A program made the position numbers and the translations under genes. A stretch of 32,000 nt of DNA from Nostoc sp. PCC 7120 = FACHB-418 (GTDB lineage Bacteria > Cyanobacteriota > Cyanobacteriia > Cyanobacteriales > Nostocaceae): NCBI RefSeq assembly GCF_000009705.1, contig NC_003272.1, positions 6,381,772 to 6,413,771 on the forward strand. The letters run 5' to 3'. The notes beneath the pieces are model-generated. The model searched no databases. It was not told the origin of the DNA and worked only from the letters and a program-made list of their open reading frames with translations. This document shows, in pieces, positions 8,431 to 16,622 of this stretch (position 1 is the first letter of the stretch; every line of letters starts with the position of its first letter).

Positions 8431-9081
8431 TTGGACTTTTCTTTACCAGAGGGACACATCTGTTTAATTACCGATGATGGTTCCCTCACCACCTCCCAAG
8501 TAGCGCAATCTCTGACAGAGCGTGGTTGGAAAGTTGTAGTCTTAAGCTTCCCCCAATCCCTGGTTCCCCAGCAATCGCCCTTACCCGCCAATGTGAACCG
8601 TGTCACCCTCGCAGATATGAGTGAAGAACTACTCCAACACAAATTATCAGCGATCGCCTCAAACTACGGCAAGATTGGCGCTTTCATCCACATCCACCCG
8701 GTGTTCCAAAATTTGGGGATTTATATATCACAAGAAAAGTCAATTGTCAAGCACGTCTTCTTTATGGCGAAACACTTGAAGAAATCCCTGACGGAAGCCG
8801 GACGTTATGAGCGTAGTTGTTTTGTGGCAGTGACTCAATTGGATGGAGCCTTTGGCTTAGAGCATAACACCAATTTTGGGGCGATCGCTGGCGGTTTGTT
8901 TGGACTAGTGAAAACTCTCAGATGGGAATGGCCAAATGTCTTCACCAGAGGGATTGACTTAAGCCCCGCGTTGAACCCTCAGCAGTCAGCACAGTTTATT
9001 CTCGACGAACTACACGACTCCAACCTTTATATCCCTGAAGTCGCTTACGGTTCCCAAGGACGCGTCACCCTCATCAGTTAA
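8431..9081 (+). CDS. hglF: HglF: catalytically degenerate SDR-fold protein, interpreted as the structural pseudo-ketoreductase half of a PKS KR
   Basis: 216-aa ORF with only a TTG start and no visible RBS. It has an SDR-like layout (ICLITDDGS..., AFIHIHP, GGLFGLVKTLRWEWPNVFTRGIDL) but lacks GxGxxG and the catalytic Tyr/Lys. The frame is open upstream back to 8329 (see findings). Confidence 0.75.
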   Translation: MDFSLPEGHICLITDDGSLTTSQVAQSLTERGWKVVVLSFPQSLVPQQSPLPANVNRVTLADMSEELLQHKLSAIASNYGKIGAFIHIHPVFQNLGIYISQEKSIVKHVFFMAKHLKKSLTEAGRYERSCFVAVTQLDGAFGLEHNTNFGAIAGGLFGLVKTLRWEWPNVFTRGIDLSPALNPQQSAQFILDELHDSNLYIPEVAYGSQGRVTLIS

Positions 9082-9170
9082 TTACTCCGCGTTCCTCAGC
9101 GCTTACCTCCGCGTTCCTCTGCGTTGAAAAATATACTTTTTTACCTCACGCAGAGGAGCAGAGAGATAAA
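9082..9170. repeat. Small dispersed repeat with inverted termini, filling most of the hglF-hglG spacer
   Basis: CTCCGCGTTCCTCAGCG and CTCCGCGTTCCTCTGCG are direct copies, followed by TTGAAAAATATAC and then the inverted arm CGCAGAGGAGCAGAGAG. It belongs to the CTCTGCG family also seen at 513-556, 10973-11004, 12913-12977 and 28575-28668. Confidence 0.75.
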
Positions 9171-9195
9171 TGAGATACTTTTACAACTCAATTAT

Positions 9196-10908
9196 ATGAC
9201 TACACTCACTCAAGTTCGTCCTGCTTCGGTTTTTGTTGTAAGTGGTGGTGCGAAGGGCATTACGGCGCAGTGTGTGATTGAATTGGCGCAGCACCAGCCT
9301 TGTCGTTTTATTCTCCTTGGTCGGTCGGAAGTTATTGAAAATGAGCCGGATTTTGCTCGTGATTGTGTTGAGGAGTCGGTTTTAAAAAAGGCGATTATGC
9401 AGCATTTGTTGGCGCAAGGGGAAAAGCCTACGCCAATGAGTGTGCAGAAGGTTTATCACAAGATTGTTTCTAGTCGAGAAATTAAGGCGACTTTGGAGGC
9501 GATCGCGGCGACGGGGTCACAGGTAGAATATATTGATGTTGATGTGACTAATGTGGCTGAGTTACGGCAGAAGTTAGCGGATGTGGGGAAAATTACGGGT
9601 ATTATCCACGGTGCGGGTAATTTGGCGGATAAGTTGATTGAGAAGAAGACAGACCAGGATTTTGAGAAGGTTTATACGGCGAAGGTGCAAGGGTTAGAAA
9701 ATCTGCTGTCTTGTGTGGATGCTAATCAGTTAGAACATTTGGTGTTGTTTTCTTCAGTGGCTGGTTTTTATGGGAATATGGGGCAATCGGATTATGCGAT
9801 CGCTAATGAAATTCTCAATAAGTCTGCCCATTTAATTAAGCAAAACTATCCCCAGTGTCACGTTGTGGCTATCAATTGGGGCGGTTGGGATAGTGGGATG
9901 GTGACACCAGAACTGAAAAAAGCCTTTGCAGAACGGGGAATTGATATTATCCCTGTGGATGTGGGAACAAAGATGCTGGTGAATGAATTACATCCTAGTC
10001 ACCATGATTCTACACAAGTGGTCATTGGTAGCCCCATTATTCCTGCGCCGGGAAACATTGACCCCCAGTTACGCAGCTATCGCATCCGTCGCCGCATGAC
10101 TGTAGAGGCTAATCCCTTTCTCCTAGACCATGTGATTGCTGGTACTCCAGTATTACCCGCTACCTGTGGGATGTCTTGGATGATTAATGCTTGTGAGGAG
10201 TGTTATCCCGGTTACAGGTATTTCCGTTGTCAAGATTTTAAAATTTTGAAGGGTATTACTTTCAATGACAAGGTAGCTAGCGAACATATTTTAGAAATAC
10301 AAGAAGTTGCTAAACATGGTTCTGAATCCATCGAATTTAAGACCAAGGTACTTAGCAAGACACCTGAAGGGAAAATTCATTATCATTTCAGCGCTCACAT
10401 CACCATAGTGCGAGAGTTACCAGCAGCGCCAGTGTATGAATCTCTCGATATGACTGAAGATCATACCATTGGAGCGATCGGTAAAGATTTTTATCAAAAG
10501 GGCGGTTTATCCCTATTTCATGGCATCTCTTTCCAACAAATCACCAGAGTTTTAAATATCAATTCCCAGAAAATTACCGTTGAATGTTGTTGGGCAGAAA
10601 TTCCCCTAGAAACTCAAGGACAATTCCCCGTCAAATGGCACAATCCTTACGCCACAGATTTGAGTACACAACCCCTATGGCTATGGTTGAGTCATGTACA
10701 TCAAGAAGTATGCTTACCAGGACAAATCACCAAATCAGAACAGTTTCGAGCCATCCCTCGCAACAAACCATTTTATGTTTCTTGCGAAATTGAACACAAA
10801 ACACCATCTGGTGTCACAGCCGATATCATCCTCCATGACCGAGAAGGAAAAATCTACTTCCGTATTTACCAAGCAAAAGCCATCATTGCACCGATGAATT
10901 TACACTAA
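9196..10908 (+). CDS. hglG: PKS ketoreductase-dehydratase didomain protein
   Basis: KR: VFVVSGGAKGITAQ Rossmann motif and SSVAGFYGNMGQSDYAIANE (YxxxN). DH: HxxxGxxxxP = HVIAGTPVLP (His codon 10129-10131). ATG 9196 (MTTLTQVRP) is preferred over the track's TTG 9124 because 9124-9195 lies inside the repeat element. Confidence 0.9.
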   Translation: MTTLTQVRPASVFVVSGGAKGITAQCVIELAQHQPCRFILLGRSEVIENEPDFARDCVEESVLKKAIMQHLLAQGEKPTPMSVQKVYHKIVSSREIKATLEAIAATGSQVEYIDVDVTNVAELRQKLADVGKITGIIHGAGNLADKLIEKKTDQDFEKVYTAKVQGLENLLSCVDANQLEHLVLFSSVAGFYGNMGQSDYAIANEILNKSAHLIKQNYPQCHVVAINWGGWDSGMVTPELKKAFAERGIDIIPVDVGTKMLVNELHPSHHDSTQVVIGSPIIPAPGNIDPQLRSYRIRRRMTVEANPFLLDHVIAGTPVLPATCGMSWMINACEECYPGYRYFRCQDFKILKGITFNDKVASEHILEIQEVAKHGSESIEFKTKVLSKTPEGKIHYHFSAHITIVRELPAAPVYESLDMTEDHTIGAIGKDFYQKGGLSLFHGISFQQITRVLNINSQKITVECCWAEIPLETQGQFPVKWHNPYATDLSTQPLWLWLSHVHQEVCLPGQITKSEQFRAIPRNKPFYVSCEIEHKTPSGVTADIILHDREGKIYFRIYQAKAIIAPMNLH

Positions 10909-10972
10909 CCAAAGCCAGAGGTGTAGGAAGCAGGGGATGAATTTGATGCGCTAAAATTATCAAATTCTTAAT

Positions 10973-11004
10973 CCTCTCTGCGCCTCTGCGTGATAAAAAT
11001 CATC
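10973..11004. repeat. Small dispersed repeat copy (CCTCTCTGCGCCTCTGCGTGATAAAAATCATC)
   Basis: Read directly. It is near-identical to the two ends of 12913-12977, which carries an extra internal hairpin. Confidence 0.75.
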
Positions 11005-11308
11005 AACCCTTACACACTCCCCAATTCTTAAAATAAAACCCTCAAAACATCCTAAATGATTTAGGATTGCTATAGTAGGCCGAAACGAAATCAGCCGCAT
11101 ATCTTTGCTTGTCTGTAAAGTACCGTAAATCCTATAAGACTGCGATTTGATTTTTGCCAAAACTGCCCAGAATCCAAACAGGTTTCTTTCTTACTTCCTA
11201 CTATTTGTATGAGTAAGTATAGCTACGCCAAACTGCGCGGACAAAAATCAAAGCAGGTTATTCTATTAAGTTTGGGGAATAGCTTCATTAGGGGTCTTAA
11301 AGATATAA

Positions 11309-11371
11309 GGGTGTAGAGGAAGCGTCTTTTTTCTCTACACCCCTATACCCCTACACCCCTACACCCACCCC
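11309..11371. repeat. 10-bp-stem hairpin (GGGTGTAGAG / CTCTACACCC) followed by CCCCTA(T/C)A octamer repeats
   Basis: Arms at 11309-11318 and 11333-11342, then cccctata cccctaca cccctaca cccacccc to ~11371. A related GGGTGTAGG sequence lies at ~373-398. Confidence 0.8.
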
Positions 11372-11431
11372 AACGGGGCTTAGTAAATCCAAGAATTCGT
11401 AATTCGTTATACCCTAACGAGGATATCAGTA

Positions 11432-12793
11432 GTGGAAAAAATCGCCATCATTGGCTTATCATGCCTCTTTCCTGATGCTAACAATCCTGAGCAATTTTGG
11501 CAGAATCTCACCGAGCAGAAAGATTCGACATCATCTGTAACTGTTGACCAAATGGGTGTAGATCCCACAATATTTTACGACCCAGTAAAAGGCAAGCCGG
11601 AAAAATTTTATTTTCTCAAAGGTGGATTTATTCAAAACTTCCAATTTGATGCTAGTGAATACAATCTGCCATCAGAATATGTGGAAAGCTTGGATAATAC
11701 CTTCAAATGGTCGCTATATGCGGCTAAACAAGCAATAAAACATAGTGGTTATTGGGGAAATCAAGATGTCCTCTCTAAATGTGGAGTCATTTTAGGTACT
11801 CTCTCTTTCCCAACTAAGCTTTCTACTCAACTGGTTACACCTATTTATCGACAAACTATAGAGCCTGCTGTTGCCGAACTTTTACAAAATCAAGATTTCC
11901 ATCTGGCTGCTTTACCCACAGCAACTAAACCATCTCTACATAATGCGATGATATCTGGTTTACCAGCCGCATTAGTTGCTCAGGCTTTTTCTCTATCAGG
12001 TACTCATTTCTGTATCGATGCGGCTTGTTCTTCTGCTTTTTATACTATCAAGTTGGCATCTCACTATCTGTGGACAGGTAAGGCTGATGTGATGTTAGCT
12101 GGTGCTATTAGTTGCTCAGACCCTCTATTTTTGCGGATGTTGTTCTCTGGGATTCAAGGCTATCCAGAAAATGGCATTAGTTCTCCTTTAGATAAATCAT
12201 CCAGGGGCTTAGTTACATCCGAAGGCATTGGTATGGTAATGCTGAAACGGTATAGCGATGCTGTGAGAGATGGGGATAAAATTTTGGCTACAGTTTGCGG
12301 TAATGGGCTTTCTAATGATGGGAAAGGTAAGCATTTGCTCAGTCCCAACACCAAAGGACAAGTTACAGCCTTTGAGAGAGCCTATAAAGAAGCCCAACTT
12401 GACCCTAAAGCTATAGATTATATGGAGTGTCACGCTACCGGCACTTTGTTAGGAGATACGACGGAATTTAATTCCATCGAAACCTTTTTTGGCGCACATG
12501 AAGCCGCACCATTAATAGGTTCAACCAAAGCTAATGTGGGTCACTTGTTAGTTGCGGCGGGGATGGTGAGTTTGACGAAGGCCATTTACAGCATGAATTA
12601 TGGTGTGATTCCACCCACGATTAATGTCAATGACCCCATAGCTACTGATAACAATGTCATTTCTCCCCAAAACATTGTTCGGACTCCCACAGCCTGGCCT
12701 AACAATACCGGAACTAAACACGCGGCTTTAAGTGCTTTCGGTTTTGGTGGTACAAACTCCCATCTAATTTTGGAAAAAACAACAGATTTGTAG
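11432..12793 (+). CDS. hglD: Beta-ketoacyl synthase (stand-alone KS, PfaC N-terminal-like)
   Basis: GTG start with GAGGA RBS (11419-11423). KIAIIGLSCLFP. Active-site Cys in IDAACSS (12026-12028). ECHATGT, KANVGHL, FGFGGTNSH. Confidence 0.92.
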   Translation: MEKIAIIGLSCLFPDANNPEQFWQNLTEQKDSTSSVTVDQMGVDPTIFYDPVKGKPEKFYFLKGGFIQNFQFDASEYNLPSEYVESLDNTFKWSLYAAKQAIKHSGYWGNQDVLSKCGVILGTLSFPTKLSTQLVTPIYRQTIEPAVAELLQNQDFHLAALPTATKPSLHNAMISGLPAALVAQAFSLSGTHFCIDAACSSAFYTIKLASHYLWTGKADVMLAGAISCSDPLFLRMLFSGIQGYPENGISSPLDKSSRGLVTSEGIGMVMLKRYSDAVRDGDKILATVCGNGLSNDGKGKHLLSPNTKGQVTAFERAYKEAQLDPKAIDYMECHATGTLLGDTTEFNSIETFFGAHEAAPLIGSTKANVGHLLVAAGMVSLTKAIYSMNYGVIPPTINVNDPIATDNNVISPQNIVRTPTAWPNNTGTKHAALSAFGFGGTNSHLILEKTTDL

Positions 12794-12838
12794 CCATCTG
12801 AGGGAACACCAAAAAATAGGCATTGCTAATGAGTTTAG

Positions 12839-12899
12839 AGGGTGCGTCAGTATGAATAATTTCTGGGTATGTTTAAGTCTTATTGCACTGACGCACCCT
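12839..12899. repeat. Perfect 13-bp inverted repeat AGGGTGCGTCAGT / ACTGACGCACCCT with a 35-nt loop, in the hglD-hglC spacer
   Basis: Arms at 12839-12851 and 12887-12899, read directly. Could act as an attenuator/terminator or be a dispersed hairpin element. Confidence 0.85.
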
Positions 12900-12912
12900 A
12901 CATCTTCTTAAA

Positions 12913-12977
12913 CTCTTTGCGTCTTTGCGCCTACCCTTCGGGAACGCCAAGGGCGAATGCGTGAGACAAAAATCATC
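12913..12977. repeat. Small dispersed repeat copy with a nested hairpin insertion
   Basis: CTCTTTGCGTCTTTGCG + cctacccttcgggaacgccaagggcgaa + TGCGTGAGACAAAAATCATC. The ends match 10973-11004. Confidence 0.75.
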
Positions 12978-13036
12978 CCACCAATCAACAACGCCATTAA
13001 TTCTCCATTCAACCTTGACAGGCTAATAGTAAAGTC

Positions 13037-16000
13037 ATGTTTGCAGCAGAAAATAACAACACAGCAAAAATCGCCATTGTAGGTATGGATGCCTTCTTTG
13101 GTGAGTGCAATGGCTTAGACGCTTTTGAACGCAGTATTTATGATGGTAAGCAGCATTTCATTACCCTACCGCCGAAAAGATGGTATGGCATTGACGAGCA
13201 GAAAGACTTACTCCAAGAGTATGGTTTAACTGATGCTAAAGCCCCTGTAGGTGCTTATATCAAAGATTTTGACTTAGATACTCTCGCTTATAAGATTCCT
13301 CCCAACGAAGTCGAAAAACTCAACCCTCAACAATTGCTACTGTTGACAGTGGCCGATCGCGCCCTGAAAGATGCGAAAATTCCTGAAGGTGGCAATGTCG
13401 CTGTAATTATTGCGGCTGAAGCTGAATTGTCTGTACACAAGCTACAACAACGCTGGGATTCATCTTGGCAAGTTAAAGATGGTTTGAACGCGGCGGAAAT
13501 TACCTTACCATCACCACAAGTTTCCCAACTGGAAAGTATCGTTAAAGACAGCGTTCACCATCAAGTGGAAATTGGTGAGTATTTAAGCTACATCACCAAT
13601 ATCATGGCTAGTCGGATTTCCTCTTTGTGGAATTTCACCGGCCCTTCTTTCACTCTCACGGCTGTAGAAAGTTCAGCTTTTAAGGCGGTGGAAGTTGCCC
13701 AAATGCTGTTGATGACTCAAGAAGTAGATGCAGTGGTTGTGGGTGCGGTAGATTTGGCTGGCGGCGTGGAAAACGTATTATTACGCAGTCAAGCAGCACC
13801 AATTAATACGGGGATAAATACTCTCAGCTATGACCAAAAAGCCAATGGTTGGACGGTGGGAGAAGGTGCGGGTGCAGTTGTTCTCAAGCGTCATCAGCAA
13901 GCGATAGAAAATGGCGATCGCATTTATGCTGTAATTGATGCTATTAGTATTGGACAATCCCATACAAAAGTAGATGGGGAAAGTGTTAATCAAGCCTGTC
14001 AGCAAGCCTTAAAGATGGCGGGTGTACCACCTGAGCAAGTCAAGTATGTGGAGGTTTGCGCCAGTGGGATTCCCCAGGAAGATGAGGCGGAAATCGCTGG
14101 TTTAGTTCAGGCTTATCCATCGGTGGGTGATGGCTTGCACTGTGCCATTGGCAGTGTCAAAGCGAACATTGGTCATACTTTTGTGGCTTCGGGAATTGCC
14201 AGTTTAATTAAAACTGCTTTGTGTCTGTATTACAGATATATTCCGGCTACGCCTAATTGGTCTGGTGTGAAGACTCCCCAAGTATTTGAGGGTAGTCCCT
14301 TCTATGTAGTCACCGAATCTAGACCTTGGTTTTTGAGCAAGAACGCCTCACGACGCATTGCGGCGATTAATGGTATGGGCTGTGATGGTAGTTATGCCCA
14401 TGTCATCTTGTCGGAAGAAACCAATCAAGCTGAACGCCCGAATCAGTATTTGGAACAGATGCCCTTTTTGCTGTTCCCGGTGGCTGGTGATGACCGGACA
14501 AGCCTATTAGAGGCTTTAGATAAGCTGCAAAAGAGTATTGCGGAGAGTGCTGATTTTTCTCGTAGTGCAAGCCTAGCTTTTACTACTTTCCAGCAGCAAT
14601 CTCAAGCTAACTACGCGGTATCAATTACGGGGCGGAACAAAAAAGAACTGCTCCGAGAAATCGAATCTGCACGGAAAGGCATTAACGCTGCTTTCGATAA
14701 AGGTACAGATTGGCAAACTCCTGTAGGTAGTTATTTCACAGCCCAACCCTTGGGAAAAAAGGGTGAAGTAGCTTACGTGTATCCGGCGGCGGTGAATTCC
14801 TATATAGGTATCGGGCGTAATCTTTTCCGCCTCTTCCCCAAACTCCACGATAATTCCTTCGTCAAAAGCCTCTACAAGCGGGCGGCGGATATTGAAAGAT
14901 TGGTTTTCCCCAGAAGCTTGAATAAGTTATCGACTAGGCAGTTAGAACAGCTAGAGAAAAAACTCTTGAGTGATTCTTTAGCCATGTTTGAGGCGGAAAT
15001 TTTCTGCACCAGATTGCTGACGACAATTATTCGGGATGATTTTCAAGTCCACCCCAAATATGTGTTTGGCTACAGCTTGGGTGAAACCAGTATGATGGTT
15101 GCTCAAGGGATTTGGAGCAACTTTTCGGAAGTTAGTAACTCTTTTAACTCATCAACTTTATTTGGTGATAGATTATCCGGGCCGAAAAATGCAGTGCGTG
15201 AGTATTGGGGATTACCAAAAGCTGCTGCGGCTTCAGGTGATAATTTATGGGGTAATTATGTATTGATGGCTAGTCCCCTCCAAGTGCGGGATGCTATCCG
15301 AAACGAACCCCGCGTATATCTGACGCAAATTAATACACCGGAAGAAGTATTAATTGCTGGCGACCCAGCCGCTTGTCAAAGGGTGATTAAAACTATTGGC
15401 TGTAATTCTTTCACAGCACCCTTTGATCATGTAATTCACTGTCAAGCCATGCGATCGGAGTATGATGAGTTTGTTGAATTAAACAGTTTACCAGTCCAAG
15501 ATATTGCTGATATCACCTTCTACTCTGCGGCTGAGTATCAACCGATAAAGCTGGAGACTGGAATTGTTGCTAACAGTCTGGCGACTGGGTTGTCTCAAGA
15601 ACTAGATTTTCCCAAGTTAGTCAACCGCATCTACGACGACGGGGCAAAAATCTTTATTGAGGCTGGCCCTGGTAGCGTTTGTTCTCGCTGGATTGACAAA
15701 ATTTTAGAAGACAAAGAACACATCACAGTTTCCCTCAATCGTCGGGGAATCGATGACCATACTTCTTTTGTCAAAGCTTTAGCTAAACTTGTCAGTCATC
15801 GGGTGAATGTGGATTTGTCACCACTGTACAGCCCAGTTATTGAAACTAGCAACTTAAATAAAGTCATGCTACGGAACATAACCTTGGGTGGTGACTCCAT
15901 CAGTGGCAAAATCTTGAGTCCAGAAAACCTCCAGCTATTTGCAGAAATTAGGGAGAAAAAGCAGCAGAATTTAGTAACACCTAGTAATACTTTAGGTATT

Positions 16001-16366
16001 AATTCAACGTATTTATCTCATCAAAAAAGTCTACCAAAGCCAAAACCGTTTTCCGCAGAAAATATCATTGAACACGGTTTAAAGCCAGAAGAACCATTAA
16101 AATCGTCTGAGTTAACTGCAACTCAACCAGCCACACCGCCAGATTTTCTCTCCAATACCACCACCGATATCGAATTTGCGACCATCATCAATATGTTGGA
16201 TTTAAATAAGGCTCAGTATCAAAAACTGAATGCGAACAATTTGCAAATAACGCAAAATCACACAGCCTTCTTAAAAGCCAGACAAGATTTTAGTCAGCAA
16301 ATGAGTGAAATTATTCAATTACAAATGGTTTGTGCCGAAGATTTATTGAATAACGACGGGAACTAG
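13037..16366 (+). CDS. hglC: Chain-length-factor-like KS (active-site Cys replaced by Glu) fused to an acyltransferase-like domain
   Basis: 1109-aa ORF. KS fold starting KIAIVGMDAFFG. TAVESSAF where DxACSS is expected (Glu codon 13667-13669). CASGIP where HGTGT is expected. KANIGHT is retained. AT-like GYSLGE (Ser codon 15074-15076). Confidence 0.9.
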   Translation: MFAAENNNTAKIAIVGMDAFFGECNGLDAFERSIYDGKQHFITLPPKRWYGIDEQKDLLQEYGLTDAKAPVGAYIKDFDLDTLAYKIPPNEVEKLNPQQLLLLTVADRALKDAKIPEGGNVAVIIAAEAELSVHKLQQRWDSSWQVKDGLNAAEITLPSPQVSQLESIVKDSVHHQVEIGEYLSYITNIMASRISSLWNFTGPSFTLTAVESSAFKAVEVAQMLLMTQEVDAVVVGAVDLAGGVENVLLRSQAAPINTGINTLSYDQKANGWTVGEGAGAVVLKRHQQAIENGDRIYAVIDAISIGQSHTKVDGESVNQACQQALKMAGVPPEQVKYVEVCASGIPQEDEAEIAGLVQAYPSVGDGLHCAIGSVKANIGHTFVASGIASLIKTALCLYYRYIPATPNWSGVKTPQVFEGSPFYVVTESRPWFLSKNASRRIAAINGMGCDGSYAHVILSEETNQAERPNQYLEQMPFLLFPVAGDDRTSLLEALDKLQKSIAESADFSRSASLAFTTFQQQSQANYAVSITGRNKKELLREIESARKGINAAFDKGTDWQTPVGSYFTAQPLGKKGEVAYVYPAAVNSYIGIGRNLFRLFPKLHDNSFVKSLYKRAADIERLVFPRSLNKLSTRQLEQLEKKLLSDSLAMFEAEIFCTRLLTTIIRDDFQVHPKYVFGYSLGETSMMVAQGIWSNFSEVSNSFNSSTLFGDRLSGPKNAVREYWGLPKAAAASGDNLWGNYVLMASPLQVRDAIRNEPRVYLTQINTPEEVLIAGDPAACQRVIKTIGCNSFTAPFDHVIHCQAMRSEYDEFVELNSLPVQDIADITFYSAAEYQPIKLETGIVANSLATGLSQELDFPKLVNRIYDDGAKIFIEAGPGSVCSRWIDKILEDKEHITVSLNRRGIDDHTSFVKALAKLVSHRVNVDLSPLYSPVIETSNLNKVMLRNITLGGDSISGKILSPENLQLFAEIREKKQQNLVTPSNTLGINSTYLSHQKSLPKPKPFSAENIIEHGLKPEEPLKSSELTATQPATPPDFLSNTTTDIEFATIINMLDLNKAQYQKLNANNLQITQNHTAFLKARQDFSQQMSEIIQLQMVCAEDLLNNDGN

Positions 16367-16414
16367 TTTAGTCAGCTATTACGCCTTTAAATTACATAGT
16401 CACTTGCATAGTTT

Positions 16415-16455
16415 GTTAACAGTTGGCAGTTAACTGTTAACCGTCAACTGTTAAC
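16415..16455. repeat. 11-bp inverted repeat GTTAACAGTTG / CAACTGTTAAC built from GTTAAC-containing heptamers, downstream of hglC
   Basis: Arms at 16415-16425 and 16445-16455. Related to the CAGTTAA array at 3388-3422. Confidence 0.8.
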
Positions 16456-16553
16456 AGCCAAAATGAAAAGATGTGCAAGTTAAAGCAAGGACAACTTAAG
16501 AGTTTTAGTTTGAGGGAAATTTGGTAATAGATAATTGGTCATTCTCTACTCCC

Positions 16554-16581
16554 CATTACCTATTACCCATTACCCATTACC
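16554..16581. repeat. Tandem heptamer array (C/T)ATTACC x4 upstream of hglA
   Basis: cattacc tattacc cattacc cattacc, read directly. Complementary GGTAAT copies lie at ~16522-16540. Confidence 0.85.
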
Positions 16582-16622
16582 AATAGGTAGTAATTCATTG
16601 CTAATCGTGCGAGGGAACGACC

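Noticed and set aside
3679-8642. Numerous 60-115-aa ORFs on the minus strand or in alternative plus frames inside hglE/hglF (e.g. 3679-4011, 4547-4840, 6290-6637, 6451-6810, 7322-7612, 8340-8642)
   Set aside because: They lie entirely within a long ORF that has unambiguous PKS motifs. Their composition is low-complexity/Arg-Cys-rich, typical of shadow frames, and they have no independent start context.
9124-9195. TTG-initiated 24-codon N-terminal extension of hglG proposed by the ORF track
   Set aside because: The extension is encoded by the inverted-repeat element and has no KR homology. The ATG at 9196 directly precedes the Rossmann motif. The in-frame openness is nevertheless reported as a finding.
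10960-11160. 66-aa minus-strand ORF in the hglG-hglD spacer
   Set aside because: It overlaps dispersed repeats and a 9-bp palindrome (ATCCTAAAT-g-ATTTAGGAT at 11049-11067), has no motifs, and is flanked by an imperfect inverted repeat (11140-11158 / 11239-11257). More likely repeat-derived non-coding DNA.
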